Shown here in pieces: positions 27,506-42,028 of a stretch of DNA of 64,000 nt (positions are counted from its first letter, which is position 1; each line of letters starts with the position of its first letter). This stretch comes from Octopus vulgaris (taxonomy: Eukaryota). The position numbers were made by a program, and so were the translations under genes. The notes beneath the pieces were generated by a model. That model was not told where the DNA came from, searched no databases, and worked only from the letters and a program-made list of their open reading frames with translations. Where the stretch lies: positions 28,396,001-28,460,000 of the forward strand of contig OX597826.1 in NCBI GenBank assembly GCA_951406725.2. Reading direction: 5' to 3'.

Positions 27506-28039
27506 CACGTGTATTACTTCATTTCTATTCTTTGTGAAACAACCACAAAGAAGCTCCTAGATGGTTAATCGCTAAGGTACTTAAGTTTTCTATCTTCGAT
27601 CGCATTATTTAAATAGCGCTGGTTCTAAATTCCATAGACAAATCAATCTGTAGAGATAAACTAAAACACAATTAAATCGCACTGCTAATACAAAAAAGGT
27701 AGGACGCAGTATTCACTTTTAACCTACTTCGTATGGTTGCATAACTAGATACGGTCTCCCTACCAGCCATTAATATGTACCAGTTTCCAGGACTGTGAAT
27801 AATATGTAAATTGGTCTATCCAATAATGTTACACTGCTTTTTAAACAATGTGTACATGGATGGTTAAGTTGTTGGATGTGAGACTGAAGAAGGAGCAATA
27901 ACTCCCGAAATATGCATATACACCAATTAGCCATTTCTCTATCTTCGATCGCTTAGTTGACATGGCTCTAAATTCTATAAAATAACTGTAAAGGTAACTT
28001 ATAAGAAATTTTATATAGTTGACTGACTTACTTCGTAAT

Positions 28040-28590
28040 ATTCTTTTCTACTCTAGGCACAAAGGCCAAAATTTTGGGGGATGGGGTCAGTCGATTCAAT
28101 CGACGCCAGTACACAACTGGTACTTAATTTATCAACGCCGAAGGGATGAAAGGCAAAGTCGACCTCGCCGGAATTTGAACTCAGAACGTAGCGGCAGACG
28201 AAATACCTATTTCTTTACTACCCACAAGGGGCTAAACACAGAGAGGACAAACAAGGACAGACAAACGGATTAAGTCGATTATATCGACCCTAGTGCGTAA
28301 CTGGTACTTATCTAATAGGCCCCGAAAGGATGAAAGGCTAAGTCAACCTGGGCGGAATTTGAACTCAGAACGTAGCGGCAGACGAAATACCGCTAAGCAT
28401 TTCGCTCGGCGTGCTAACGATTCTGCCAGCTCACCGCCTTAATTTTCTTCTCTACGCACACGGCCTAAAATTTTGGGGGAGGAGGCCAGTCGATTAGATC
28501 GACCCTAGTACGAAACTGGTACTTAATTTATCGACCCTGAAAGGCAAAGTCGACCTCGGCAGAATTTGAACTCAGAACGTAGCGGCAACT
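28040..28590 (-). mobile_element. Tandem array of three SINE B units
   Basis: Three repeats of gaaaggcaaagtcgacctcggcggaatttgaactcagaacgtagcggca. Confidence 0.8.
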
Positions 28591-28734
28591 TGGGCCCATA
28601 TTTCATGCTTTAATGCACTAAAATCTCTTTTTTCTGAATATTAGTTGTTAAAATTAGGGCGTGTCTAATATGCCCATGATACTTTTATGCAATCAAGTAC
28701 GGTTCAAAAGACGTTGAAGAAGCTTACATTTCAA

Positions 28735-29040
28735 ATCATTATCGTACTCGTCGTTTAAAGTCCGCTTTCTATGTTGACATGGGTTGGACGGTTTTAATGA
28801 GAGCTAGCAAGCCAGAAGGCTGCACCAGGCTCCAATCTGATCTGGCAAAGTTTCTACAGATGGATGCCCTTCCTAACGCCAACCACTCTGAGAATGTAGT
28901 GGGTGCTTTTCACGTACCACCGGCACGGGAGCCACTCAGGTGGTACTGGCATCGACTACGCTTGAATGGTTCTTTCTACGTACCACAGGCCGAGAGCCAG
29001 TCAGACGGCACTGGCAATATTAATTATACTATATCGTTGG
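28735..29040 (-). mobile_element. Repeat family H (retroposon 3' part with (GAT)n tail)
   Basis: Shares catgggttggacggttt...gatgccc.t.ctaa.gccaacca with 55005-55405 and partly with 30610-30690. Confidence 0.65.
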
Positions 29041-30380
29041 CTCTCATGTTGTTGCTTATATAGCTTAGCTCCAGGTCAAGCAAACTTCTAATCGGAGAAG
29101 TTACTGTCGTGACCATCTTGTCATTTTGTATATCCACGACAACATTGCTAAGTCGGCAAGGAGCTCAACAATGAACCAGGCTGTTGTTTCTAGGAAGTGG
29201 AGTGACCATAGACTCTTTCTTGTTTTGTTGGCTATAGAAGTAGTAAAGTTTGAGTCAAGTATCAATGTGGGACTTGAACTTGTGAATTGATGTAATGGAG
29301 AGGAATATGCATTTACATTATGCCTGAGCTAAAAGTTTTTTTGAGAAGAGAGATGTACAACGTCAGTATATAAATGGTATTTCATCTCTGAATTACAAAA
29401 TCCTAAATGGGGAAATACAAGAAAGCGACATGAAGATGGTCCACAGAAACTAAAGAAGTGGCAGAGCCGAGACCAAGGGACAACTATATAATCCATTGTC
29501 AAAGACCGAGACTGGTGGAGTTGACTTGGTGGTGGTGTTGTATGGCTCCACAAGGATGAAGTTAAAGGATTAAAAAGAATGGAGAAATCCAGCTTGTTTT
29601 ATAGGGTTTGGACAGAGAGAGGGAGAGAAAGAAAACGAATGAGAAAGAGCTGCAAAGAGAGCAAGTGTGAGAGAAAGGAACTGTGTGAGAGAGAAAGAGA
29701 AAGAGAGAGAAGGAAAGAAAGGGAAAAAGAGGAGAAGAAGAATGAAAGAAAGCAGGAGAGAGACAGAGAGAGAGAGCGAGATGAAATTAAAAGTGATCTT
29801 TGACCATTAACAAGACAATTACTGGTATGCGAAAAGATCAGAAATGGAATCAACTAAATCAAAGCCCTATCCCCAATATATACCTGGTACTTACTTTGAT
29901 CAAGGATTCCATCCAGGGACACTAGAAACTAGTAATGGAAACAAATAGTTTCAGTTCAATATTCTATGGTTTCATTAATCATCTTAATAACTTTTCAGTA
30001 ATAGTCAGTTAATTAGGTTCTTTTCTGTGACTCCATCTTTGGGGGTGGAGGTGGAAAAGGGGCGAGGAGCAATAGGGTAATTACTAATTCATTTACAATA
30101 CTTCATTCAGGTGGATGCTGGTTCCCGCGGATGTAATACAAGAATGTAAGACAACAGTATGTGTGTGTATAGAAAGGGTTCATAGATTATCTTTACAGCT
30201 ATATTGTACTGTATTGTCTAAATGCGTTGTGTGCAATCAAGGGAGCCCATGCGGAAGTGTTCTGATGTATCTAATAAAATTTTATTTGTTTACCATTAAG
30301 TTATCTTTATTTTTCATTTTTCAATTGTAAAAGGTAATTTATGGGCACCCTGTATCTGTGTATATATATATATATATATC

Positions 30381-30532
30381 GTTAGCCACTACACACATTT
30401 TTTTTCTTTCCTTGCTTTTTCTGTAGAAGAGCGTAGGCTCGAAATGTAAAAGACTTTTTCTATTCCTGAGCGTTATACTAATACATCTGTTTGTTTTGTA
30501 CACCACCTGCCTTCGTCTTTTTCGTAAACTCT

Positions 30533-30535
<3 letters not shown>
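30381..30535 (+). mobile_element. Short TA-embedded repeat with hammerhead-like core (30417-30452)
   Basis: uuuu-CUGUAGA-a-gagc(guag)gcuc-GAAA-ug-UA-aaag; (TA)n on both sides. Confidence 0.6.
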
Positions 30536-30595
<60 letters not shown>

Positions 30596-30699
30596 CAAAC
30601 ACACATAAACGGACATCGTCATCATATGTCTGTTCTGAGTATGGGCGTGGGTTGGACGGTTTGACAAGAGTTAGCAAACCAAAGGTTGGAGTCAAGCTG

Positions 30700-31285
30700 T
30701 TGTCAACTTCGCCCGGCATGCTAACGATTCCGACAGCTCACCACCACAATAACGGTTTCAAATTTTGGCACAAAGGCCAGGAATTTCGGTGTTCGTACCT
30801 TTTCTGCGGACCTCAAAAAAGGATGAAAGGCAAAGTCGACCTTGATAGAATTTGAACTCAGAATGTAAAGACGAACTCTTTATAAAATAACTTTTTTATA
30901 GGTACGTGGCCTGAAATTTAGGGTGGAGGCTTAGTCAGTTATATAGGCCCCAGAACTTGACTGGTGCTTCTTTTATTGACTCCAAAAATGATGAAAGGCA
31001 AAGTCGACCTCGGAGAAATTTGAACTCAAAACATATACACGGACAAAATGCTACAATGCATTTTACCTGGCGTGCTAACGATTCTGCCAGCTCACCGATT
31101 TGATAATAATACTTACTACTATAGATCCAAGGCCTGAATTCAACTGGTACTTGATTTCATCGACCCCGAAAGGATGAAAGGAAAAGTTGACTGCGGCGGA
31201 ATTTGAGCTCAGAACACAGCGGCAGACGAAATACCGCTAAGAATTTCGCCCACCGTGCTAACGAATCTGCCAGCTCGCGCGCCTT
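30700..31285 (-). mobile_element. Tandem/fragmented SINE B cluster
   Basis: Three repeats of gatgaaaggcaaagtcgac...gaactcagaa. Confidence 0.75.
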
Positions 31286-31671
31286 TCACCATCTTGATAA
31301 TGATAAAACGAAGAAAAAAATATTACATGTTGTGGGATAGCAATTTTCCAGTGAGTGAAAGACCACATCGACAATGTAGCGTTTGAAAGTAGTAGTAGCA
31401 GCAGCAGCAGTAGTAGTAGTAGTAGTAGACATGGCGATGAATTGTATTTGAAATACGAAATGAAAGAGATAAGGAGGAAGATACAAAAGATGCGGTGAGG
31501 TCGATACTAAGTTTGGATTTCAGAACACATTATGAAACATGGAAGCATCACCAATCAGAAGTTGTCTGTGAAAATTAATATTGACACTTTGGAGATGAAA
31601 CTTACAGCTGCTTCTAAAGATGAGAACCAGCCCTGGGTCCATATATTTATGTCCGGGGACACAAACACAAA

Positions 31672-32415
<744 letters not shown>

Positions 32416-32420
32416 TGTGT

Positions 32421-32725
32421 GAAGGCGCATGCCTTAATAGTTAGAGCGTCGAACTTACGATCGCGAGGTAGTGAGTTCGAATCCCGGACCGGGCTGCGTG
32501 TTGTGTTGTTGAGCAAGACACTTTATTTCACGTTGCTCCAGTTCACTCAGCTGTAGAAATAAGTTGCGACGTCACTGGTGCCAAGCTGTATCCCTTGGAT
32601 AACACTGGTGACGTGGAGAGGGGAGGCCGGTATGCATGGGGGACTGCTGGTCTTCCATAAAAAATCTTGCCTGAGAGGGTAGCTTTCTAGGTGCAAGCCC
32701 ATGGTCAGTCATGACCGAAAGGGGT
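32421..32725 (+). mobile_element. SINE family D-related (tRNA-derived)
   Basis: B box gagttcgaatccc; core gttgtgttgttgagcaagacactttatttcacgttgctccag. Confidence 0.75.
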
Positions 32726-32874
32726 TTCAGATATCAGAGGTTGAATAATATGCTGTATATTAAATGTGAAAAACATTTTTACAAACCATTGCTCAGTTTC
32801 ACGTGCATTACCAAACGTCACGTGAAACTAAATACAAAGTCCGTGAAGATATTTTCAGCTACAACAAAACTGTA

Positions 32875-33263
32875 TACAATATATATAGATATATTCATAG
32901 ATATATACGTATATATACATATATAGATATACATACATATATACGTATATATACATATATAGATATACATACATATATACGTATATATACATATATAGAT
33001 ATACATACATATATAGACATATATACATACATATATAGACATATATACATACATATGTATATACATATGTATATATATACACACGCATATAATATATATA
33101 AATACACAAAAATATATATACACAAGTATATATATATATGCACACAAATACATAGATACACATCTATGCACACACACATATCTGGGGGTAGGGCTTTGAT
33201 TTAGTTGATTCCACAAGTATATATATATATATATGCACACAAATACATAGATACACATCTATG

Positions 33264-33297
<34 letters not shown>

Positions 33298-34190
33298 CAG
33301 ACATACACATATCTATATATATATATTTGATACATATGTCTATACACACACATATATATATATATATATACACATAAATATAATTATATATATAGAATAT
33401 ACACGTACATATATATATATATTTACATCACTATACATATACACATATATATATACAGATATACTTACATGTACATATGCATATATATATACACACATAT
33501 ATAGACATACATATCTATGAATACGTATACACATATATACGTACATGCACATATCTATGCACATGCATAATTGTGATTACATATGCAAATACATATATAT
33601 GTATATGCATGCATATATATAAATACATATATACATACAAACAGATACACATTACACACATATATAGACATATATACATAAGCAAGCATATACATATATA
33701 TGTACATGCATATAAACACACATATACATATATGTACATATACACACACATATATATACATACATATGTATATACATATATATACATACATGCATATATA
33801 TAAAAAATACATACATATATGTATACATATATATGAAAAATACATACATATATGTATACATATATATAAAAAATACATACATATATGTATACATATATAT
33901 AAAAAATACATACATATATATGTATATATATATACATATTTGTATATATATATACATATTTGTATATATATACATATTTGTATATATATACATATATATA
34001 CACACACACACACATATATCCACACATATATATATATCCACATACACATATATCCACACACATATATATATCCACATACATATATATTTATAGACATATA
34101 TACGTACACATATGTATAATATACATATATATACACACAGATATACATAGATATGATACTTATACATTATATATATATATATATATACAT
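32875..34190. repeat. Degenerate (TA/CA)n low-complexity tract with local minisatellite units
   Basis: Seen directly; e.g. repeated atatatacgtatatatacatatatagatatacatac and aaaaaatacatacatatatgtatacatatat units. Confidence 0.9.
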
Positions 34191-34191
34191 A

Positions 34192-34584
34192 GGCGCAGGA
34201 GTGGCTGTGTGGTAAGTAGCTTGCTAACCAACCACATGGTTCTGGGTTCAGTCCCACTGCGTGGCATCTTGGGCAAGTGTCTTCTGCTATAGCCCCGGGC
34301 CGACCAATGCCTTGTGAGTGGATTTGGTAGACGGAAACTGAAAGAAGCCTGTCGTATATATGTATGTGTATGTGTGTTTGTGTGTCTGTGTTTGTCCCCC
34401 TAGCATCGCTTGACAACCGATGCTGGTGTGTTTATGTCCCCGTCACTTAGCGGTTCGGCAAAAGACACCGATAGAATAAGTACTAGGCTTACAAAGAATA
34501 AGTCCCGGGGTCGATTTGCTCGATTAAAGGTGGTGCTCCAGCATGGCCGCAGTCAAATGACTGAAACAAGTAAAAGTAAAGTAA
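34192..34584 (+). mobile_element. SINE family A, full length, close to consensus
   Basis: ggcgcaggagtggctgtgtggtaag ... gactgaaacaagtaaaagtaaagta. Confidence 0.9.
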
Positions 34585-34764
34585 GTAACATGCATAAAAA
34601 TGTATTATATACAATTGGTCCTACTTTTGAAATTTAAAATTTAGTTCAAGGAATTTCTTCTATAAGAAGAATCATGTTTTTATTTCTTTAAGAAATATTG
34701 TTGAATTCCGTTTGATTATTTATTAAAAATATGTATTTATTTAACTATTATTGTTATTAGTGTT

Positions 34765-34870
34765 GACCTGAAGAGTGACTATACCTTTAAATTGAATTGT
34801 TTTTGGATCGATTAAATTTAACTTCAATTGTAATTCGAATTGAAGATATAGCCACGAAACGTACGTAGTC
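34765..34870 (+). ncRNA. Type I hammerhead motif with greatly extended stem II
   Basis: gac-CUGAAGA-gugacuaua...(~63 nt)...uauagccac-GAAA-cguacg-UA-guc; palindromic ACGUACGU stem III, GUA triplet. Confidence 0.65.
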
Positions 34871-35027
34871 TATTTGTTAATTATATAGTGTTTCAATTAT
34901 ATACCAGTTATTATTATCTATTTTATTCTGGTCTAGGTAAATATTTTATTATATATTTTATTTTTTCTATATGGTTCGATTTACGTCTATCAATGTTTGA
35001 ATTACATAATAGTGGGTTTTATTATAA

Positions 35028-35849
35028 TTCATATATACATATATATGCACATACATATATATACATATATATATGTGAACATATATATATATATATACAT
35101 ATATATGTGAACATATATATATATATATGTATATATGAATGAGAAAAAACCATATATATATGTTCATATATATATATATATATATGTTCATATATATATA
35201 TATATATACATACACATACATACATATATATACTTATATATATAATATATACACCTATATATTATGTATATATACATATATACAATATATACACCTATAT
35301 ATTATGTATATATACATATATACAATATATACACATATATATACAAATATGCACATATATATAGATATATACATACACAGGCATATACATATGTATATAT
35401 ATATACATATACATGCAAAGATATATACATACACACATATGTATACACATACATACATATGTACACACATATGCATATATTCATATACATACACATATAC
35501 ATATATGCATATATATACATATACACAAATATATATATATACACACACACATACATACAGATGTATTCATGTGTATGTATATATATATATAGACATATTC
35601 ATGTGCATATATATACACATACATATATATATATATTCATATATATATACACATACATATACTCATATATACACACATATATATTAACATATACATATAT
35701 ATACACACACACATAAAGACATATACATGTATATACACACATATAGACATACATATACACATCTATACATATATATACACACATTGATATATACATATAT
35801 ATAAATGCACACATATATACATACATATATATACATTCATATATATATG

Positions 35850-35881
<32 letters not shown>

Positions 35882-36130
35882 CATACACATATATATACAT
35901 ATATACAGAGATATATATACATACATATATACATTTACATACACGTATAGATATGTACATACAAATAGAAATATAATATATATACATATATATTCATTTA
36001 CATATATAGATACATATAGATATATACACACGCATATATATACATATAGATATAGATATACGGGTATACAGATAGATATACATATATACAGATATAAATA
36101 TCTATCTATATATATATACATATATAGACA
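35028..36130. repeat. Degenerate (TA/CA)n low-complexity tract
   Basis: Seen directly. Confidence 0.9.
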
Positions 36131-36799
36131 TACGAGGGGTGTTGGAAAAGTCGTCAGCCTCATAAAGAAAAAACATTGTACACAACTTCTGATGAAGGTT
36201 GAACATTTCATGGCTGAAAACTTTCTATATATATGTATCTATACACACATATGGTATTTATACACAACAGAATATATATTTTTTTGAAGATATCTGCCCA
36301 TTCCCTATCTTCCTGGCACCTCTATCTCCCTAAAATACATGGCCGATAAAATGTTTGAACAAATCCTCATATACAGAGTTAAGATGTTAGGAAAGTCTCT
36401 ACGGTGTGTCTGTATTTTACCAGAGATACAAAAACTAAACTTATTTGCAACAAAAAATAAATAAGACGAATAAATTTTTGGTGCACACCATTATTATGAT
36501 GGCAGAGTCAAAGACCCAGGGGAAACATCAGAAAGGAAAGTGAAAAAGAATATCTGAATATGACCACTTGCCCCAAAACTGTGGGCCCCGTTTTGTGTGA
36601 AAATTATTAATAGTTATATTTTTCTCACAGTTGGAACTTTTGGTATTCTAGCAACAATAAGCTACTCAAAGGAATTGAGAGACTGGAATTGAGACTTGGA
36701 TAGCGGAAACTGGAAGGAAAAGGAAAATAACCATCCGTTATTTTCCAAGAATCCTTTGCAATTTTCTGGAGAGTTGAGAAGTGTTCTCATCAATTAACA

Positions 36800-37647
36800 G
36801 AATTATCAAACATACAAGACCTTGTTCAATGTTGAACTCAGTTATGAAAATGATAATAACAATAATAATTATAACAAGAATTATAATAAATATTAATAAT
36901 AATAATAATAATAATGCCAAAATTCTTTTTTTTATATATTTATATAATAATGAATCAAAGGGATAAAGGAAAAAAAAAGGAAACCAAAATATATATAAAA
37001 AAAAATAAAGAAAAAAAGAACAAGTACAGGAAACAAACAAAAAAAACATACCCTTCCGCCCCCGTCCGAGTGCCCTCCCACCACCACCCATATATTCTGA
37101 CTCCATCCTTCTCCCCCATTTAAACAAATTAGAACAAAAAAAAAAAGCAACATGTTTTATTTTTTACAACTTCACCCCATCCCTCACACTTTTTCACAAA
37201 ACAAACCATTTTTTGTGGGTTGGAGGAAAAAAATTGGGGTTTTTTTCTTTTGAAATTTTTTTTTCTCCATTCTTCTTCGTGTTGATTTTTTCCTCAATCA
37301 CTAGCAATAACAACAACAACAATAATAATTATTATTATTATAATCATCATCATTATCATCATCATCATCATAATTATTGAAACATGTTTTTCTTTTTATT
37401 TATGTGTTTATAACATTGTTTAAAGTTTGAAAGTGGAAAAAAAATTCCTTTTTAAATTTTATTGTTTTCTTTTCCTTTTTTCACTTATTTTATATATATG
37501 TGTGTGTGTACACATATATACATATATATGCATGTATATATATAAACACACACACAGGTATGTACATATATTTATGTATGTGTACTTATATATATATTTA
37601 CATGTATGTGTGTATTTTATATATATATATATATATGCACGTGTGTA

Positions 37648-37693
<46 letters not shown>

Positions 37694-37737
37694 GACATAT
37701 ATCCACATGTATATATATATATATAACCACACACGCG

Positions 37738-37775
<38 letters not shown>

Positions 37776-38981
37776 TACATGGAAGATTCCATATTTTGCA
37801 GGAGAAAATCTTTTGTTTTCTACCCACAAATTATTTTTGTATTCTTCCAAAGTTTACAAATTTTCACCATTCTCAAAGAAATTTCTTTCTGTAATATTCT
37901 TCAACAAGTTTTGTTGCCTGTGTGTGCGTATATATATATATATATATATATATACATTATACATTTTATTAATTATTCTTCGTATACATAATTTCTTCAT
38001 ACAAATATTTGTATAATTTTTGTATACTACATGTGTGTGTGAATGTATATGTGTGTATATATATATATATATACATACATACACACACCCCTACACATGT
38101 ATATATATATATATATACTCAGACACACACATATATATGTATTGAGAAACATCTTTTACATTTATTATCATCATCATCACCATTATCATTATTATGAATA
38201 ACAATAATATTTAAATTTCTTAAATTATTATACAATATTTTAATAACTCTACCCCAAATCTTTTATAGAATTATTTCGGTATTTCTCCTGTCTTTCAACA
38301 ATTTATTTGTCTCTCATTCTTTTGAAATGTTTTTGGTTTGGCCAAGTTATGTGTGAGGAGAAGGGGTGGGGGGCGAATAGTTTGGTAGTTGTTTTTTATG
38401 TTTGTTGATTCCTTTTTCTTTCTTTTCATTTTTTATTGTTTTAAGGAATTTTAAGATATTTTCACTGCTTTATTTTATTTTTTTTTACCCTTCTTTTTTG
38501 AAAAAAGAAAAAAACTTTTTTTTTTCTCTTACATATATCTCTTTCTTTCTTATTCGTCACGGAATATATTTTTGAGACTCTTTTATCTACAAGAGTTGCT
38601 TTCAATTTGAGAATTTTTTTGAAAATGTGCATGTGATGCGAGAATGTTTCGCTTCTTAAGTCTTTTACGCTTGAAATTACTTTTCTTTTGTCATAATCGA
38701 AATTAGAAAAAAAAAACCTCTTTCATTCCACCTGACCATGTGACAAGCATGATTAATTAATCAATGAAATCTGATAGACCAAATTGTCTGATTGGTACCC
38801 AAAATGAAATGAATCTTGTCTTGTTATCCATCGTCACATTTTTTTTTCCTTTACAAATCACTATTATTGTTTATTATTGTTATTATTATAAATTTATTAT
38901 TATTATTACCATTATCATTATTATAATAATTATTATTATTATTGTAAATTTGTTTCCACGTTAACCCAACCCAATTTTTTT
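36800..38981 (-). other. Probable long U-rich 3' UTR of the mastermind-like gene
   Basis: Directly follows the stop, is very U-rich on the minus strand and has no recognisable SINEs. AATAAA candidates (plus TTTATT) lie near 37156-37161, 37395-37400 and 37458-37463. The end point is uncertain. Confidence 0.45.
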
Positions 38982-39259
38982 TTATTTGCCAAGTATCTCA
39001 TCTAACAAGTTAAAGTCCGCCGTATTTGAACTCTGAATGCTATCGAAAATGTCCGCGTTACTCGTGTTGGCGCTATCCAAAAAGTTCATAAAGTCCTCCT
39101 GCGTGGTTGTGGCCGGGTAGCCGTTTTGGTGGGTATTAACGGGACCCGACACTGCAAAACCCGCTCCAGAGCCGAGACTGTAAGGAGACGAAGACGCTGG
39201 CGTACAGTGCATCAGGGTAGGTCTCACACCCATTCGTTGTGACATCTGTATGCTTTGTT

Positions 39260-39290
<31 letters not shown>

Positions 39291-41927
39291 TTGTTGCTGC
39301 TGCTGCTGTTGTTGGACTTGCAGCAGCTGTGAATTCTGGTGTAACATTGCCGCCTGCCCGGGCAAACCATCCAGTTGTGACTGGTGCATGTGAGACACAT
39401 GCTGTCCAGGCGGCATACCACCAGGATTTGTATAACCACCATACTGCTGCATCATACCAGGGCCTGCTGTTGCTAGGTGCATGCGTGACATTGCAATGGA
39501 ACCGTTGTTTGCACCAGCCATCCGTGCACCAGGCTGACCTTGCATCATTGGCCGAGGCCAGTCTCCGGAACTTCGTGGGCGTGATATGTTCAGCCCGTCA
39601 GGTCCGACGTTCACGTTAGGCGGTCGCTGGTTCCGCATGATCGAGCTTTTATATGTGGGTGTCAACGGTCGTTGCGATCGACTGGTGACAGAACCACCCA
39701 CTGGAGTCTGTGTAGGGGCTTGTGTTGTGTACGGTGAGTGTCTTGTCAATGAGGGGCTAGGGTAGTTAGATACAGGGGCTTGGGAGGTGTTAGCCGATGG
39801 CATAACAGAGGTGGTCATCTGCTGTACAGCGGTAACTTGTGCTGAATGTAAGAGGCCAGCTTGGCTAGAATTAGCTTCCGTCTTACCTGGCACACTATAC
39901 CCAGGTTGTATCGTGCTGCTTGTTTGGTTAATCATGTTTTGCATTGTCTGTAAAGGGTTCGTGCCATTTGTACCAAACGACGTGGTGCCATTCGTGCTAG
40001 TTTGTTGCAGCTTGTAGTCAGGGGGTGGCGGTCGACTCATGTACTGTTGCATTTGGGTAGGGCAGGGTGGACCACCGGCGTTCTGCTGCTGCTGCTGTTG
40101 CTGTTGCTGCTGCTGCTGTTGCTGCTCTAGCATAGATTCGCGAGATTTCGTTTGGCACACGTGTTCAGCATGCACTTTGTCGTGCATGATGCTCATCTGT
40201 TCAGTCATGTATTGGCTTTGGGCCATCGCACCTGGGTTGAGAGACAGCGATTGCTGCTGACTCATTGATATCTGTTGAGGGGCCTGTTGCATCTGCAGCT
40301 GTTGGGTCTGTGACATTTGCATCCGGTGTGCACCATGCGATACTTGCATCTGTTGTGTTTGTGTTATTTGCATGGGCTGTGGACCTTGATTTTGGTTGAA
40401 GTGCGCTCGCACTTGATCCTGCAACTGTTGCAGTGACGATGGCGAAGGGCCACCCTGAGCCGAAGTTACCTGCACCCCCATTGGATCGGGATAGTGAGAC
40501 AACGGTTTGGTAGCCCCAAAAGGTAACGACATATCAGTCTTGCCTGGCATCGGCTGTGGATAGCCCGGAGGTACTGGCTGACCTCGCAGCTGGTTTAAAT
40601 GAGGAGGCGGCTGTTGACCATAAGCATAGGAGTTTTGGCCTGGCATGCCCGGCGGTGCCTGACCGAAACCCGCATATCCGTTGCCTCGGCCAAACTGGTC
40701 TATGTCGGAACCTGGGTCACCAAACGGCCCGAGGGATGGGGACTTCATCGCGTACGTCTGGTTCTGGTGCTGAGCAGCCATCTGCTTCAGAGTCTCGGCA
40801 GCGGGACCGGTGTCCGAGAGGACGTGGGGTTGGTGGGATCCACGAAACGTTTGGATCGGTGTTGGGGTACGTACACCACCCATGTTCTGGTTGGTGTCGT
40901 ACAGAGAATTGAGAGGGTTGCTACCAGGTGGCGGAGTATCTACAAACGGTGGACCTTTCGGCGGAAGACTAGGAGAACTTGTAGTTAAAGGACCAAACAT
41001 ATTTAGTGTATCATCTCGGTTCTCCTTGTCAAGATAGACTTCTTCAAAATCGTCCAATCCTTTGAAATCTTCCTTGTCAAGGTTCTCCAAAATGCTTTGC
41101 AAAACCTCAGGATCTAGGTTCAAATTGCTGATGATGTTGTCGGACAAACTGTTGTTGTTGTTGTTGTTGTTGTGATTGTTATTGTTGATGGTATTGTTGT
41201 TGTGATTATGATTGTTGTTGTTGTTGTTGTTGTGACCGGTATTCTGTTGTTGCTGTGCTCCTAGACACTGGCTCTCGTCGCAAGGTTCTTGCTTGCATTC
41301 AACGCTTGTCTGGATGCTGCTTGACTGCGGGGAGCCATCGTTTGTGGACCCATATTGGGTTTTCACACTGGTCACTGTAACGTTGGTGTGGATGGTCTGA
41401 GGGTGTTCAGTAGGGTTGTTGATCTGCTGGACAATTTTCACTGACAAGCTTGACAAAGGATTGTTATCGACGCTGGTCGCAGAACTGTTGCTGTTCTGCT
41501 GCTGCTGCTGTTGTTGCTGTTGTTGCGACTGTGGCGTCGTTTGAGGTGGAGGTGCTTGCGGCTGCTGTTGCTGCTGAGGTTGCTGCTGTTGCTGGTGGTG
41601 GTGGTGATGGTGATGCTGAGCGTGTTGGTGCTGTTGATGGTGATGCTGTTGTTGCTGCTGCTGTGACTGCTGCTGCTGTTGGTTGTGTTGAAGGTTTGGA
41701 TGATGGGAAGAAGAGGAAGAGGAGGATGATACTGCAACTGCTGCAGCTGCTGCTGCTGCAGCTGCCGCGGCCGCTGCTGCTGCTGACGGGTCGTCGTAGG
41801 TATAACCACTGGCTGCTGCCGCTGCTGCTGCTGCTGCACTTGTGCTGCTGCTCACATCACCTGCGTTAGGTAGGGAAGAGGCTGCCTCACTAACTGCTCG
41901 GTTCTCCTTTTTCGATTTTAGTTTTGA
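38982..41927 (-). CDS. mam: Terminal coding exon (981 aa + stop) of a Mastermind/MAML-like Notch transcriptional co-activator; 5' exon(s) with the basic CSL/NICD-binding domain not found in window
   Basis: The 957-aa ORF extends in frame to an acceptor ttatatttttcag|TCA (CAG at plus 41928-41930), phase 0, starting SKLKSKKENRAV. It contains VECKQEP, an acidic NLNLDPEVLQSILENLDKEDFKGLDDFEE block like the first MAML acidic domain, PAAETLKQMAAQHQ like insect Mastermind, poly-Q/H/A/N runs, and a C-terminal acidic tail FMNFLDS...FNLLDEILGK* like the MAML LDEILG end. Recognised by motif memory only. Confidence 0.85.
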
Positions 41928-42028
41928 CTGAAAAATATAAAAAGTAAAAATACAAAATTAGAGATTCCATCACAAATATTATAATAATAAAAATAATAAC
42001 AACAACAACAATAGTAATAATAATAATG

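Noticed and set aside
37490-38140. Pumilio-type TGTAHATA words in the presumed 3' UTR
   Set aside because: They arise automatically in TA/TG microsatellite sequence.
41853-41855. Start codon given by the ORF track for the 957-aa ORF
   Set aside because: It is an internal GTG (Val); the frame continues to a splice acceptor at 41928-41930.
39224-41869. Overlapping and antisense ORFs within the mastermind exon
   Set aside because: Shadows of the CAG/GCA-rich true frame with no independent signals.
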